Below, piece after piece: positions 1 through 14,100 of a DNA stretch of 64,000 bases; position 1 is the stretch's first letter, and each line of letters opens with the position of its first letter. Source of the stretch: Trichosphaerium sp. ATCC 40318 (lineage: Eukaryota > Protista > Tubulinea); contig JALMLS010000303.1 of the NCBI GenBank assembly GCA_038496445.1, forward strand, positions 1 to 64,000. Reading direction: 5' to 3'. The notes under the pieces were generated by a model. The model was not told the origin of the DNA, ran no database searches, and saw nothing but the letters and a program-made list of their open reading frames with translations. The position numbers and the translations under genes were made by a program.

Positions 1-825
1 ACAAATATGAGGCATGCCTTGTAATTTTGGGCTTTGAAGCCTCATATTTGGGCCAAATAGCAAGCAACTGGTTCACTAATTAGCCTTAAAATAGCCTGCA
101 TTGTTGGTCCAATAATGCCTCATTTTTAGTGCAACAATAAGGCATTTTTGCCTCAATTTTTGGGCATAACCCAGGCACCATATACTCATAAAACAAGGCT
201 TTATATAAGCATACAATAGTGATTCATTTATTAAAGTACAGTACACAAAACACAAAAAACTTCAATGTCCTCCATGTGAAAAAAAACCTTTAGTTAAAAA
301 AAAAAAATTAACAAATTATTGGTATAATTTTCGCGGACTGGAAAAATGGTTTAAAAGTACCTATAATCCTGTTGTAGCTGGATTTGGGTGCTGCGGTTCG
401 AATGGCGGTGGTTTCGTTAGAATCCATAAAATACTAAGCGTGTGATAATACTGTCTATATAAAACGTCAGTAGTAAATGAAAAAAAATGTTTAGAAAGTG
501 TTGGTGTAGTGGAGACTTACCTTAAACCAATGTATCCTTAATGTACAATGTGTACACAACCAATGCCTAATTGGTGCCTGTAAATTTAAGGCTGGCAATG
601 CATAAAAAAACTAGGGCAGGCATTGCCTAAAAAAAACAAGGCATTGCAACAATTAAGGCATTGCCCAACAAAGCCTTATTTCAATGCCTGATTTTTGCCT
701 TTATTGCCATTGCCTTTGCAAAATCAGACATTGCCATTTTTGAATGCCTGATTTTTGCCATCAATGCTTGATTTTACAAAAATGCCTTTGTATTTAAGGC
801 AAAGCCTTGTTTAGTTTCAGCCCTG
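1..825. mobile_element. Probable end of a hAT-like DNA transposon/MITE with subterminal repeat arrays
   Basis: Dense AAGGCATT/AATGCCT-type motifs in both orientations at 1-220 and 560-810. They stop abruptly at TTAGTTTCAGCCCTG (825); the reverse complement CAGGGCTGAAACTAA resembles a hAT terminus. The other end is not in the window. Confidence 0.5.
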
Positions 826-1150
826 AGGTCGACTCCATTGTGAATCATCATATGATGTGACACAAGACTGAATCTCATACATTCTTTTTTGATCACCTGC
901 AGCTGATGTTATACACATCACAAAACACTCATATTGTTGGTAGCAGCGGAATGTAATGACTTAGTCAAAGGCACTGCTGTCCTGTCAAAGATTCATACTG
1001 TCAACAGGTTAAATCCCTGTGGTTGGACACCCAACATTAGTTGGGTTCTCTTTTGAGGTAATTGGAGTCCATTGACGTTCATGTATAGACTAATAAAATC
1101 AAAAATCATTGTGAATCATTTGCCGCCTTAGAAACGTGGTTATTCCAAAG

Positions 1151-1906
1151 TATTGTCTGGTTCATTCAAGTTTTGAGACAGACTGACTTTTAGCAAAAAA
1201 AATCCAGTTTCTGCCCGATCTGTCAGATCTGACGGATTTGACACTTCTGGCAGATCTTGCAAATTGTCATTTTTTTAAATGTGATCTACCCTCACGCCTG
1301 TCCAGTGAATCCAACCGTTTCAAACCCACGTGATTTAACAAACCCCAGAGCAAACTTTTTTATTTACATATTTGACGCCTAGGCGTTTACAAAGCCTACA
1401 GCAACGCTGGTGGTGTTTTGGGGCGGTTTTGACGTTGTTACACCTTCATTGCTGCTTGGATGCTACCATAGCGCTTCTGTTAGCGTGGGGTAGGCGCTAG
1501 CGTAGCGCTAGTAAGTTATACACGTACGTTGATTTTTTGAAGCAAAACATACAGCAAACAGTGTTTGAGGCATTCATACCGTGTTTGGCGGTAATGCGAT
1601 AGCTTTGTAGGACATCATACCTTTTTAATTCGCTTTTAGAGCATTGAACACCTCTGTGGTTTGATCGTACCGTGTACAGTTGGCGTAGGTAAAATACTGC
1701 CCATGGTCTGTTGAAACTTACATTGAAAATTTTGCTATCGTAAGGTACCTAAGTCATACAATGAAGGACAACATTAACACAAATAGTTCACATTGTGATA
1801 GATCTACACCATTTGACAGAAGTGTCAGATCTTGCTAGATCTGCTAAAAGTGCTAAAAACTCACTTTCTAGAAAATATTGGTAAAACTTGAATGAAACAT
1901 ACAATA
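1151..1906. mobile_element. Non-autonomous TIR element (MITE-like)
   Basis: TATTGTCTGGTTCATTCAAGTTTT (1151-1174) matches the reverse complement of 1883-1906 at 22/24. Inverted similarity continues inward through GATCT/TGACACTTCTG motifs (~1185-1290 vs ~1795-1860). Confidence 0.65.
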
Positions 1907-3405
1907 ACGAAAACTCGCTACAATTTCTGTTAATTGTAGATAAAAAAATGTACGTGGTGGTGGTACACCTACGTAACTAATTCGTAATTATTTACCACGT
2001 GGATTCACGGAGTTTTTATCGCTTCAGCAATGCTGCTAAATTTACATTCTCGCGGATTGTAATTCACGGATATTTGGTATCCACGTACCTACCAGTGTTG
2101 AGCCAACTTACTAGATTGGTGTCAAGGTCAAGCAATACTACACAAGTATTTTTAACAGCAACAATAAAGCAATATCCAACACGTACTCTCTGAACTGTTG
2201 GTTGGGCTTCCAAAAATGCAACAACGTTTCCTTTTTCACATTGTTAAATTGTTTTTTTACAATATTGTAATTACGCTTAAACTAGTATTACGTTCTCTAT
2301 GTATGATGTATCACTCTATTTGTGTAGTCGTAACACGGCAATAAGAAACTATTACATCTCATGAAGAAGGAGAAAACTGTACCGTTTTTTAAGAAAAACT
2401 CGTACAATTGCACATTGTGCAAGTGTTTGCAATATCGTATATTGCGGCATTACAAAAAATGATCTTCTATGTTCCATTTTAGGTCGAGCGACGGCGTTTT
2501 TCTAAAATCGAACTCCGAGTGTGTGAGCTGGTATTACTTCGTTCCAGCTACGCGACACACGTAGTTCCAGAAAGCAGACAACTTATTTCGGCTTATTTTT
2601 TTCATTATTGTAAAAGGAGCTATTTTAGTATACACGCCGTTTCTTTTGATGGTGGTGACATTAGATCAATAAATCTATGCGACAAACGCTTCGTCGTGGC
2701 AAACAGCGATCGTTTCACGATTTTATTCTTATTTCTTAGCTTTAAGTACCCCTTGCTCGCTGTTTTTAGTGTATTCAAGTGCGTTTATGCATATTTTATG
2801 CGTTTCTTTTGTTTTAGTTGCGAAAAAACGTTGTAGGTAGTTTACTCTTTACTTTCATGCTGAAAATCATTTTATGTTGTTGGTATTAACTTGATCTCCT
2901 CATGTCACCGCTTGTATCCGTTTATGGCTTCAAACTCAAATTAACGTAAAAATTCCGTCACATAGCGAAGCCCAAACTAAAATCTAGAATAATACGACGT
3001 TGTTGTACGTAGTACACTTGCAACTCTGCGTAAATGTTTGCTATCTCCCGAAAAAAATGTTGAACGAAACGTTTTATTACGGCCGCTTTCAACTCTGGAA
3101 CAATGTTTTATTCTACAAGTTATGCAATATAAGCGTCTATATGTAGTAGATATCCTAGGAGTTATTTCTCTTTCTGGTTTTTAAAAATAGTATTGCAGTA
3201 TAGCGTCAGGTTTTCAAGTATTCGTAACCTAAACATTAATCAAAAAATCCCTCAAGCAAAGCAACGCCTCCCTCGGCAAGCAAGCTTAGAAGATTAAAAG
3301 CTAACTAGTGTACGTGTGAACTTAATGAACCCTACCCGGATGAAAATCTTACGCCCCGGCCCGAGCTCTACAATTTCTCTGACGGTTCTTTTAGAAAACT
3401 ACAAG

Positions 3406-6400
3406 ATGAACATTACACCTATACTATTACTTGTTCTCGTTGCATGTGTCTACGCCCAGACCGCACGACCTCTTTTCAGGGCAAATGGAGTATCAATTAG
3501 AAACAGGCCTTTCTACTCCGTACGTTATCGTTTATTTGTTACTATGAAATCGTTCCATGTCTACAACTTTCATCGCTTTCAGCTTTTTGGTAGCTTTTTT
3601 TAGCTTGAATTAATTTCGGTTTATAGGGCGTGTTGTCTTCCACTTCTTTATATTATGATCAATCAGGCTCACAAATTCACTGGTACTCATTTTGCAAACG
3701 CTTTCAAATTCTAAATTAATTAAAAGGCGTTTTGACCACCCAACACTCGGTGCAATAGATGAAGCATACCGCTACAGCGAGGTTCGTGTTTTTAAATTCG
3801 CTTTTCGACTTTCGTGCTCGTCGGTGCACTACTTTTAGAAACATTGTTCTGAGGACTCACATCGCTATCTAGAACATTCGTTTGCGCTCCTGCCAAACTT
3901 GTGAAGCATTTGGAGAGGACAGAACTGTTCCTCGTCTATACCGTACTGGTTCCGACGCTGCTTCAGGCTCAATCACCGTTGGCGGTCAGGTGCGAAGCAA
4001 TTCTCCAGTATTTCTTTCTAACCTTGTTTTGTAGACTTGCAGTTGTTATACTGTTTCCGATACTGCAGCTGCAGGTGGCGTTAAGAAGATTTGCTCGACC
4101 TCCGCTAACTTACCTTGCTAGTACGTAGCGGTTTTTATTTGCTATTTTTCTTTTCTCGTACTAATAGCGTTCTTTAGCATTCAATTTGAACTAGTACAAG
4201 GTAATACTGACTCTGGTCAAACTGAAGGTGAAGAGTGGATATTTACCACTGACGTTACCACTGGAAACAGCGGTTGGCCTTCAGACATCTTTTTGGACGA
4301 TGTTATCGACTCTGGTGCTTGCGTAGATTCTTGCGCCCAAAAATTCGACTTGGTCCTTGCAGTTGATGATTCTGGATCTATCAACAGCAACGAATTCAGC
4401 CAAATGCAAAAGTTTTTGCTCCTTCTTATTGACTCGTTTAAAATTGGACCTGACGACGCCAATGTTGGTGTAGTATTCTACCAAACAGAAGCAAGAACCA
4501 GTCTCAGTTTGGTAGCGAATGCTTCAAGTGTTGAAAATGCAATCAAAAGTACATAAAATAGTTTTTTGGGTTTTTTATTTTTCGTATTTCTTTAACTAAC
4601 TTTATTTTAGATCCTGACCGTCAATTTGGTTCTACTTGTATTGGTTGCGGTATTGAAAACGCTGTAAAAGAGTTACGTTCTAACAGAAGACCTGGTGTTC
4701 CAGCTATTATCATGACTTTGACTGATGGTTTCAACAACCGTCCTTGTAATAAAGATAAGTGCTGTATCTTTGGTACGGAAAATTGCCACAATCGTTGTTG
4801 TCGTGGCCGCGGAGAGTACGCATACTTTTTAGACTCTCAAAACGCTAACTATATTTAGTTTCAACAGTGTTTGTTCTGGTTTGTCTGGTAATGCGCTTAC
4901 AACTTGCCAAGCCTACGGTGGTCGTGATGAACTCGAGTTCTGGACCGCTGAAGCTAGAAATGAAGACTACCGTCTTATCTCTGTTGCTATTGGTAGTTCT
5001 GTTTCCGCGCTAGATTTGGAGTTAATCTCCACCAACTATGTTCCTCCACCTGCCACAGGTGGTGATAACTACAACGCTGATAATTTCGACGCTTTGGTAG
5101 AAAGTATCAGAGAGATCCTATCTGTCGTATGCCCATCCAACAAGGCTAATGATTGCGGTGCTGACTGCGAAGGATTCTGCGGTTGTAATGGCGTTTGCGC
5201 TTGCCCAACTTGTACAGCCCCAGACATGTGCACATCCTCAGTTTGCAAACCTAATCAAGGTTTCCGCTGCAAAGAATCAGATATCAGTTCCACATGTAAC
5301 GACGGTCTTGCTTGTACCCTCAATTCTTGCAACCCAGCCAGTACGCAATATTTTTTTGTTAATGGTTATATTGACACTCTCTGCAGCTGGATGTGCTACT
5401 GTAGATGACTCTGCCAAATGCCAAACTGGCAATCCGTGCCTTGTTGATAGTTGCAGCAATGCAACTGAGTGTAATTCCGTACCAAAGGATTGCTCTGATG
5501 CCGACCCTTGTACTGTTGACTCTTGCACACCTGGAACTGGCGTTTGTGCTAATGTTCAAGTCAGCAATGCTACTTGCCGCTCTCAAGCACCTAGTTCTCA
5601 GCAAACAGCTTGTTTCAATCACTTTTGTGACTCTGACAGACAAGGTTGTGTAGCTGAACCTGTTGACTGCTCTGGAGATGATCAGTGCCTAATTTACACT
5701 TGTGATAATACTAATGGCTGTCAAACTGCACCAGTTGATTGTGACGATAACGATCCTTGCACAACCGATAGCTGTGATTCATCAGTTGGTTGCTCAAACA
5801 TAGCTATTGTTTGTGACGATAGCAGTGTATGTACTGTTGACACTTGCAACCCTACCAGTGGTACTTGTGAGTTCGAAGCACAAACCTGTACTGCATGCCA
5901 AGACGATTTTGGTGCTGATCTAAACTGCTCTGATATCCTAGCCGGTACTTTCACAAAATGCCAATTCGCTTTTTGCGATTTGAGTGGTGTTTCTACTGGT
6001 AACAGAAGCGTGAACTGCAGAGTAGAAAACAAAACTTGTGATTCGTACGTAGTTTTTCTTTTTCTTTTTTTTTTCAACTACTATCAACATATTCTTACTC
6101 TTTCCTAGTGGTAGTATGTGTATTCTTGATAGCTGCGACCTTGCTACTGGCGACTGTGTTCAAACGCCAGTTGGTTGTGATGACGGTAACGCTTGTACCA
6201 TTAATGGATGTGACGCAGCAAGTAAGTCACAATCTTAAAGATTGTCAGTCACTAATTATTTTTTTCAAGCTGGTTGTACCACCGAAGACCGCGAGTGTCT
6301 GGCGCCTAACATGTGTCAACTTGCTTCTTGCGATAACTCCACTGGTTGTGTATTTGAAGATGTAGTCTGCACTGCATCTACTCTCTGTCACATAGCGAGC

Positions 6401-7113
6401 TGTGACCCTCTTGTTGGATGTGTAGAAGAACCTAAAAACTGCACTGAATCCAGCTCTTGCTTCGATTACGCATGTAACGCAGCTGATGGTCAATGTACCA
6501 AAGAGTTCAACTGCGATGATAGCAATGCGTACGTATTTTATGCGCTTTTGTGTACGATCTCTCTAACATTTTTTACAGCTGTACTGAAGATACTTGTGTT
6601 CTCGGAAAGTGTAACTACACTGATATCTCCAGCCTTTGTGATGACGACGATGCTTGTACTATTGATACTTGCGACCCTGTCCTTCAATGTCAACACAGTA
6701 ACCTCACTTGCGAAAACTCAACCAACCTTTGCTTCCAACCGCCAGTATGCAAGTCTTTCGGTATTGATGCTGGTTGCCAACCGCCATCACGTGTGTTGTG
6801 TAGCCCTATCGATCCTTGCCACACTAGTCAGTGTTTGAACAACTCTGGTTCTTGTGAACAAAACTTTGTCGACAATGCCGCGTGCACATTTGGTGTACAA
6901 GAAACTGTCGGTGCTGCTTTGGGTGTTGGTGCTATCGTTGCCATCGTTATAGGTGTCATTGTCGCCATTGGCCTCCTCACAACTGGTTCCGTTAAGGGAT
7001 ACCAAGCTCTTGCCAACAACTACGATGGTGCTGGCGGTGCTAATGTCAATCAAACCTATGCTGGCGCTGGTAACAGCGGTACTAATCCAGCTTTCGAAAA
7101 TGCCGATCAATAA
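3406..7113 (+). CDS. Sib/integrin-beta-like type I membrane adhesion protein (signal peptide, vWA, Dictyostelium-type Cys-rich repeats, TM, NPxF tail); multi-exon
   Basis: MNITPILLLVLVACVYAQ signal; vWA with MIDAS DDSGS and TDG; many CDDxxxCTxDxC repeats; GxxxG-rich TM helix; tail NQTY...NPAF. Confidence 0.85.
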
Positions 7114-7247
7114 CTTTGATCGTGTCTACCAGAGACGCCACTGTTTTAACCAGTGGAAACCTTTTGTGTTTTATTGTAATAAAGTTAAAGTTAATTCAAC
7201 GAAACATTGTCTTTGTATTATTCTTGTTTCTTGACAAGAGCTTCGCA

Positions 7248-9620
7248 ATGGCTGAACGTGCTCTCCCAATATCTCAACTAGAACGCAGATACAGTCACAC
7301 TGGTTAGTGATGGGGTTGTAACAAAGCTGACAGGGTGTAGTGTCGAGGTGTGGTGATTATATTTATGTATTTGGTGGAAGAGACCAGAACTCAACTTTTT
7401 ATCATTCCCATGGCGCAGCTGTTGACCTAAGACGCCAAACATTCAAAAAAATAACGTTACCTACGCCGTTCACTTCTATATGTCATACGTATGTTTACAT
7501 CGCTCCCTAGAGCCTCTGTCACTGACTACTAACTACTTTTCAAAGTGCAGCAGTGGTGGGTGAAACTATATTCCTTCATGGTGGTTATAGTGGTGCGTAC
7601 GCTATCAGAAAATCACTGGTTGCGTTTTCAACAGGTACTGAAATAGCCACGTGGCTTTTTTATTTCTATTTTTTTGACAGTTGGAAGATACACGTGAAGC
7701 TAAAATAATCGAACCTAAAAAAGATGACATTTGGCCTGAAGCACGTTTTGGTCATACTTCTAGTGTTGTTGGTACGTAACTTTTTAGTGAGTGCTTATAA
7801 AATGTTCAATAAATTGATGGCTTTTTTTCTTTTTTTTAGGTGACGTTGTTTACTTCTTTGGAGGTAGAGGGTGAGTAGATAGGATGGACTTTGAATTTTC
7901 TTCCTGGCCTGGAGTTATGATTTTCTTGCAAAAAGTTGATTTTTTTCTGGATATTTCTTGTTTCTTTCGTGTTTTACGGATTTGGTGTCTTGGTTTTTAG
8001 ATTTTTTTGTTGTTTTTATTGTTTACAACAAACAAGGCTAAAATGGGATGATCCTACTGGATGGATGCTTGGATACCAAAGTGTTTTTTTTGGTGACTTG
8101 TGGGTAAGTTTATAGCTCGAATTTTACCATTTCATTGCGTTCATAACTACAGTCTTATTCAAGAAATTATTTTGCTTTGACATCTGACATATTGATCTAA
8201 TTGTAAAATAGACTTATAACACTGTTTCGGAAGAATGGTGTTTAATTGAAACGACAGAATCACCTCCAAACAGTACGTTCTTGTCTTTTTTTCTCGTTTT
8301 TTTTCTCGATATTTTTCTTCCCTTTTCCACAAATAACACGATAATTCACTATTAAAAATCATTGTCTGTTGAAGCAAGTTCCATTGGCAAACTAAAATCA
8401 TTTGTTTTTATGGAATATGGATTGCTCGTCAGATGTTGCATTGGCTTTCTTTTTAGGTTATAAACTAAAGTGTTCTAGGGTGCTATCATAGTTCTGTCAC
8501 TGTTGGTGATCGTATTTATATTTACGGAGGTCAAGGGTATTATAACAAACAATCAACAAAAGTGTAATCACGTGACGCCTTACTGTTTTTCATAGAGGTA
8601 AAAAAGCGAGTTTTTGCGATTTATGGAGTTTCAATGTAAAAACCCTCAAATGGACTCAAGTGGACGTATCTGGGACGCCTCCACTACCGCGGTATGTTTT
8701 TTGAAGGTACTATCATATTAATATTATTTATAGGTTCATGCATACTACAACTTTATTGGATAGTAACCGTATGCTACTTCTCGGAGGTAGAGATAATACA
8801 GGTCCTCATAATACGATATATATTTTTCACTTTGGTACGGTCTATGTTTTGAGCTATATTCTTTATAAACTGAACTCATCGAAACAACCGCATTAACATA
8901 CTAAAAGACACTGAAAAATGGATTGAATACTCTTTGGTAAACACTCCAGGTACAAAACAAAACTGTTTCGAGAAAAAACTTGTTAAAAAGAAGATCTTGA
9001 AAAAATATCACTTGCACGCAGCGTTGTTTTATTAGATGCTAACATCAAGATAATAGACGCTAGTGCTTGGGCGCATCAAACTTTGTACTTTAATGAGTTG
9101 AGGATGATAATAGTTTATGGAGGTATACTGTTAAAAAGTGAATTCTTACTTTTTTCTTATACTTTATCCACCCTTGTGCTAAATATCATACCTATTTAGG
9201 TTATGGAAGCCACCCTGTTTTTTGTAGGTATTCAGAGGACTGGTTAGTAGAGATAGAAGATAGAGGCTTGGAACACACAAAAGCAATAAAAAAAGTTCAG
9301 AGTATCAAAGGTATGATAACATTTTACCGCCATGGAAAAGAAATCAGTCTCACTAAATTCCTATGTTTTAGATTCTGAAGAGAGGTTAAAAGAAGAATTA
9401 AAAGTACTCAAGGATATAAACAAGACATTAAGAGAGCGAATTGAGAAGAATAGAGAAACATATGAGTCCAAAATTGCCGTACAAAGTTCATCTTTTTCTA
9501 CCAGCGACCTAACTTTTTTTCTCTGAACAGAGCCTTGAAGCAGAATTAGAACGTCAAAGGAATACACTACAGACACTTCACAGAGTTTTAAAAAACGATG
9601 GTCCCAAAGAATCTCTATAA
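7248..9620 (+). CDS. Kelch-repeat protein with C-terminal coiled coil; multi-exon
   Basis: Exons read RYSHT..LYVFGG, IFLHGG, ARFGHTSSVV..YFFGG, IYIYGG, MLLLGG, then a heptad-rich tail ending KESL*. Confidence 0.8.
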
Positions 9621-9926
9621 ATCACGTGTACTTGCAAATGTATCTGTATTAATTACTATTTAACAAAATGCGCTCCGTATTATGAGACATCAAGTTTGTA
9701 ACCAACACCTGGTACTCAGGTAGGGTTGTCTCTAAAAACAAACAAGAATGCAAATATCAGGGTTGTAGGTTGAATGTACCACTTTTGCTACATCCAAAAT
9801 ACGTGCACGTGACATAATATCCATTCTTTTTTTTACCTCTTCAGTACTGATTTCATTTCGTCTGTGAATGACATTATGCAGTGTTCTTTCTTTAGTTAGC
9901 AAAAGCAGTCCTAAGTTTGTCAAACG

Positions 9927-10169
9927 ATGGCCTTTTTACAGATAGAAGTATCAAAGCACTCGCATGTTCATACAATTTTTCTTGGATACTATAAAAATGT
10001 TACAGATGAAGGAATCAAGGCACTTTCTGGTGTTCATACAGTAACACTTTCATTGTGTGACACCATTACAAATGAAGGCATCAAAGCGCTTTCACGCATT
10101 GCTGAGATTGAAGTTAAAGACTGTAAAGGTGTTACAGAAGAAGCTGTTAACAAGACTGCCTCAGTGTAG
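9927..10169 (+). pseudogene. Truncated remnant of the VHT-type LRR family
   Basis: VTDEGIKALSGVHTVTLSLCDTITNEGIKAL matches the repeats of 23391 and 31138 but has no N-terminal domain. Confidence 0.65.
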
Positions 10170-11109
10170 AATTACATGATATGTCTCCTTAAGCAAGCAC
10201 ACTAGGATGCCTCATATACATAAAAAGTAACTTGTTTCCGGAAGAGTATATAATATAGGAATACCAATATTAGGCCAACACAAGATAAAAAATAAAAGGT
10301 ATGGCATTGAACCCTTCTTTTCTGCCTGTACATAAGTTTTTTGAACTGTGGATAAAAAAAGTTGACTTTATAATCACTGTGTTATAAGCCTTGCTGTAGT
10401 GAGGTGGAACTACAAACAACAAAATGGCTGACCATATAGACGTTGTTCAAAGATACTATTTACTTGTTTGTTTCATGTTATTTGGAGGATGTTTTGCCTT
10501 CTCGCTTCACTCTTTTTAAGAGCTCATCCAAGAAACCTAAGCTGCAATTGTTACAAAATTGCTTAGGCTACAACTTGACTTTCTACCCGCCTTTGAATCC
10601 AGTATAGCTCAGATAAACTCATTGCGGGCATGGGCTTTGAGCTTGTACACGTCTACATAAGCCAATATTATCCAACATTGACAGTATAGTCAGGTGCTGT
10701 CAAGGAAATCTGCTGCCGAATATTGATCTTCACTACATAGGATCAATAAAACAGCCTTTGCTTGTTAATACGACCTACACATACTCACAGTAAAACAACA
10801 AGCAGGTTTTAATGTTAGAGCATTGACAGGTACATACAATACGTAGCTTCTAAACACTCTGTTCTCAAATAAACTCACAACATTTACACTTGGCCTTACG
10901 TATGAAGTTGTTTTCAAGGGCGACTTGCACAATTCATAGATTTAAAGATACTGACTGTCTTCTCAAAGCCACCGATTTTGACCTTTTAGGTACCCAAGTC
11001 AAAGCCTTAATCCAACCTGACGAGCGTTCCACTTTACTAGTTATTTTTTATAGTCACGTGAATCGTTTCACCAGTCAAGCTAAGTAAGCAATTAGCAAAA
11101 TACGCAAAC

Positions 11110-14100
11110 ATGTGGAAACCATGGCTAGCTACTGCTACAGCTGTTACAGGTGGCGCCTATTTACTTTACAGCTTAACAAGGGCGAAACAAATAGTATACA
11201 GTCGAAAGCATTCTAGTTACGCCTTGAGTGAGTCGTACGACTTTATTGTCGTAGGCGCCGGTGCAGGTGGGTGTGCTGTAGCTTCCAAACTAGCAACAGC
11301 ACGAAAGTAAGTACATGACATAAAACGTGACGCCTGTAAACATGTTGTATCTTCGTTTGAGCGAAAAACTAATTTAAACGCTTGAAATTTTTTTTTGGTC
11401 TGTAAAGCCCACTGATAGCGTATATCATAGCGCCAGAATTTTGTTTTTCGAATATCATAAACGGGAAATCGTTTAAAACCGTGAACTTTTTTTTGTTTTT
11501 CATTCGGTTTTTTTCTTGACCTCAGTCACGTGTTTTTTAGGGATTCTGGTGAATTCTTTACTGTGTTACTTATCGAAGCTGGACCAGAACTTCATAATGA
11601 CAAACGTACTAAACAAGATTATAAGTATTGGACAGGGCTTTTCAATACAGGTTCGCTCTAATGAACAAGAACAGTATTTTTTATTTACATCTTTCTTTTG
11701 TTTCTTATTGTATTTTTAGATCTTGACTGGTGTTACTACTATGAACGTCAAAAGGGTTTAAACAATCGCTATATACCAGCCACTCGGTAGGTTGTTACAG
11801 AGATGGCTCTGAATTGGAGCATGCGCTTGTTGTTTGATGGTTAACTTTTTTGTTTGATAGAGGTAAGAGTACTGGTGGAAGTACGGCTGTGAATGCTTGC
11901 ATGTGGGTTCTTGGACATCAAGATGATTACGATAACTGGGAGAGACTTGGAGCTAAAGGTTGGAACTGGGAAACACTTAGACCTTATTTTAAAGCGCTAG
12001 AAGTACGAACAATCGGAACTTAAAACTGTTTTTCTTTTATCTCTTTTTTATTGCAACTTGTTTACGTTCGAGTCTTACTCTCTGATTATTATTAAGAGCT
12101 TCCCAGAAGGAGATCCTGAGTGTAGAGGCACGCGAATATATTTATAGCATCTGCTTAACATATTATTCGCTTACAAGTACAACCCTAGGTTCTGATGGTC
12201 CCATCAAAATTGCTGAGTCCGCGAAAAACACGAATATTGTTACTGATTGGGTTGAAGCTATGGGTAAGCTCGGATTAAATACTGAAGGTGACTACAACGA
12301 TGGCGAAAATAGAGGAGTTTATGTTACTCAGGTTAGCAGTGTTTAAAACTGTATACAATGATATAGTAGCTCATGCAAAGTGTAGCAAAACGTTGGTGGA
12401 AAGAAGAGAAACGACGCTTTTTCAAGTTTGATTGAGCCACTTCTTGAAAGTAAGTACCTACAACCATAATTTCTTCATGACTATCTTTGCCAAACATGCA
12501 ATGACATCGCGCATTGAAAATATGTTGGATATTCGCCTAGAGACAACAAATCGATACTGTTGTCATGTTTTTTTTGTTGTTAACATTTTTTCTTAGCGCA
12601 TTCCAATTTGACCGTTGTCAGTTGTGCTACTACCCATAGAGTATTATTTGAAGGTAAGGAAGCTACAGCTGTTCAGTTTTATTCGGATGGAAAGATGCAC
12701 ACTATTACAGCTTCGAAGGAAATCATCTTGAGTGGTGCGCCATCCACTTCTTATGAACCGACAAGAAAAACAAAGTATAATTTTTACTTAGCTGGGGCTA
12801 TTGGAAGCCCTCAAATCCTTATGCATTCAGGCATAGGAAATTCTAAAAACCTTAAAAAATATGGTGTCAAGGTCATTGTAGACAACCCAGCTGTTGGTAC
12901 GCTGAAGTTTTCTTACTTTTTTCTGTTTCTTTGGTCTTTTTTTATAAACACACATGCACAAAACATGGCTTCAACTTATTACACATTGTTGTGCTTTACA
13001 TGCACAATAAACAAAAATCGTGTCTACTCAAAGCGTGTATAATGGCAAACAGTTATTTCCTTGCTACTCTGTTTGATGTTGGTATTTTATGTTTTTGGTT
13101 CTTTTGTGGATTACTGGATATTGACACTTTGTTTTAGGTTCGAATTTCATGGATCATATTGGTGTTTCCATAGGATTGAAACTGAAAGAAGATGCACCAA
13201 CTGAAAATCTAGGTGCTGGCCTTTCTGGTACAGGATTTGGGGACTCAACATGGAGAAAAGAAAATGAAACAATTGGTGGCCCTGATATACAATATATACT
13301 CGGTGTTGGCCCTGTTCTAGAATCTTTTATGAATGCACTCTTAATAACAAAGTTCCTACCTTTTTATCCTCCAGGGACATTAACAGGTAAGCACACCTAT
13401 TCTTCTTTATGTTTTTGGCACGTGATTCTGAGTTTTTTCTTGTTCTCTTGTCGTTTACAAATTATTTTAAATGCGATGCAAGTTCTTGTGCTCCAGCGGG
13501 GCTTAAAAAGTTGAAAGATGAGCAAGGTTTTTGTTCCTTCTTGATTGTTTTATTAGGGAATCTCTTTCACTACCTCATGGGTTGCTTGAATGGTATTGGT
13601 ACGCAGTACTTTTGTTCTCTTTGGCTCATTGCTCACTTTATTTGTTTACCAAAGGCAAGGCTGGTGGCTCAATGCACAGTGAAGCAAAAAAGCTATTGAT
13701 ACTCGCAGCGTTATTAAACCATCCATCAGGTATGTATTTTGTATTATTTCTTTCGTCTTGTAAAGCAATGGCGTATACCTTTTTTTTATTGATAAAACTG
13801 TGAAGTAAGGAGTCGTGTTTTAAGGATCTTTACCAACTAAAAGCATCCGGGTAACACCTTTGTTAAGGAAAGGGATCTATGGAATTAAAGTCAAGTGACC
13901 CGACAGTTCCATTAAAGATAAACGCGAACATGGCACAAGAAGAAGGTAAAAAAAACCCCAACTCAAACTCATTCCATTTTTATTCTTACTTTCCTGCCTT
14001 TCTTTAGACATTGCCAGGCTTGTTGAAGCTTTAAAACTTCAGCTAAAAGCGTCTAAGACTGAACCACTCTCAAAGTATATTGACACAATATTGGAGCCTG

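Noticed and set aside
1950-2096. Short imperfect inverted motifs (GTACGTGG / CCACGTAC)
   Set aside because: Too short, and no TSD to support a MITE.
2280-3300. Possible small gene (ORF 2519-2836 or minus-strand exons)
   Set aside because: No consistent spliced frame or recognisable motif.
5277-7110. Minus-strand ORFs over the Cys-rich gene
   Set aside because: Antisense shadows of the + strand Sib-like exons, with no independent motifs.
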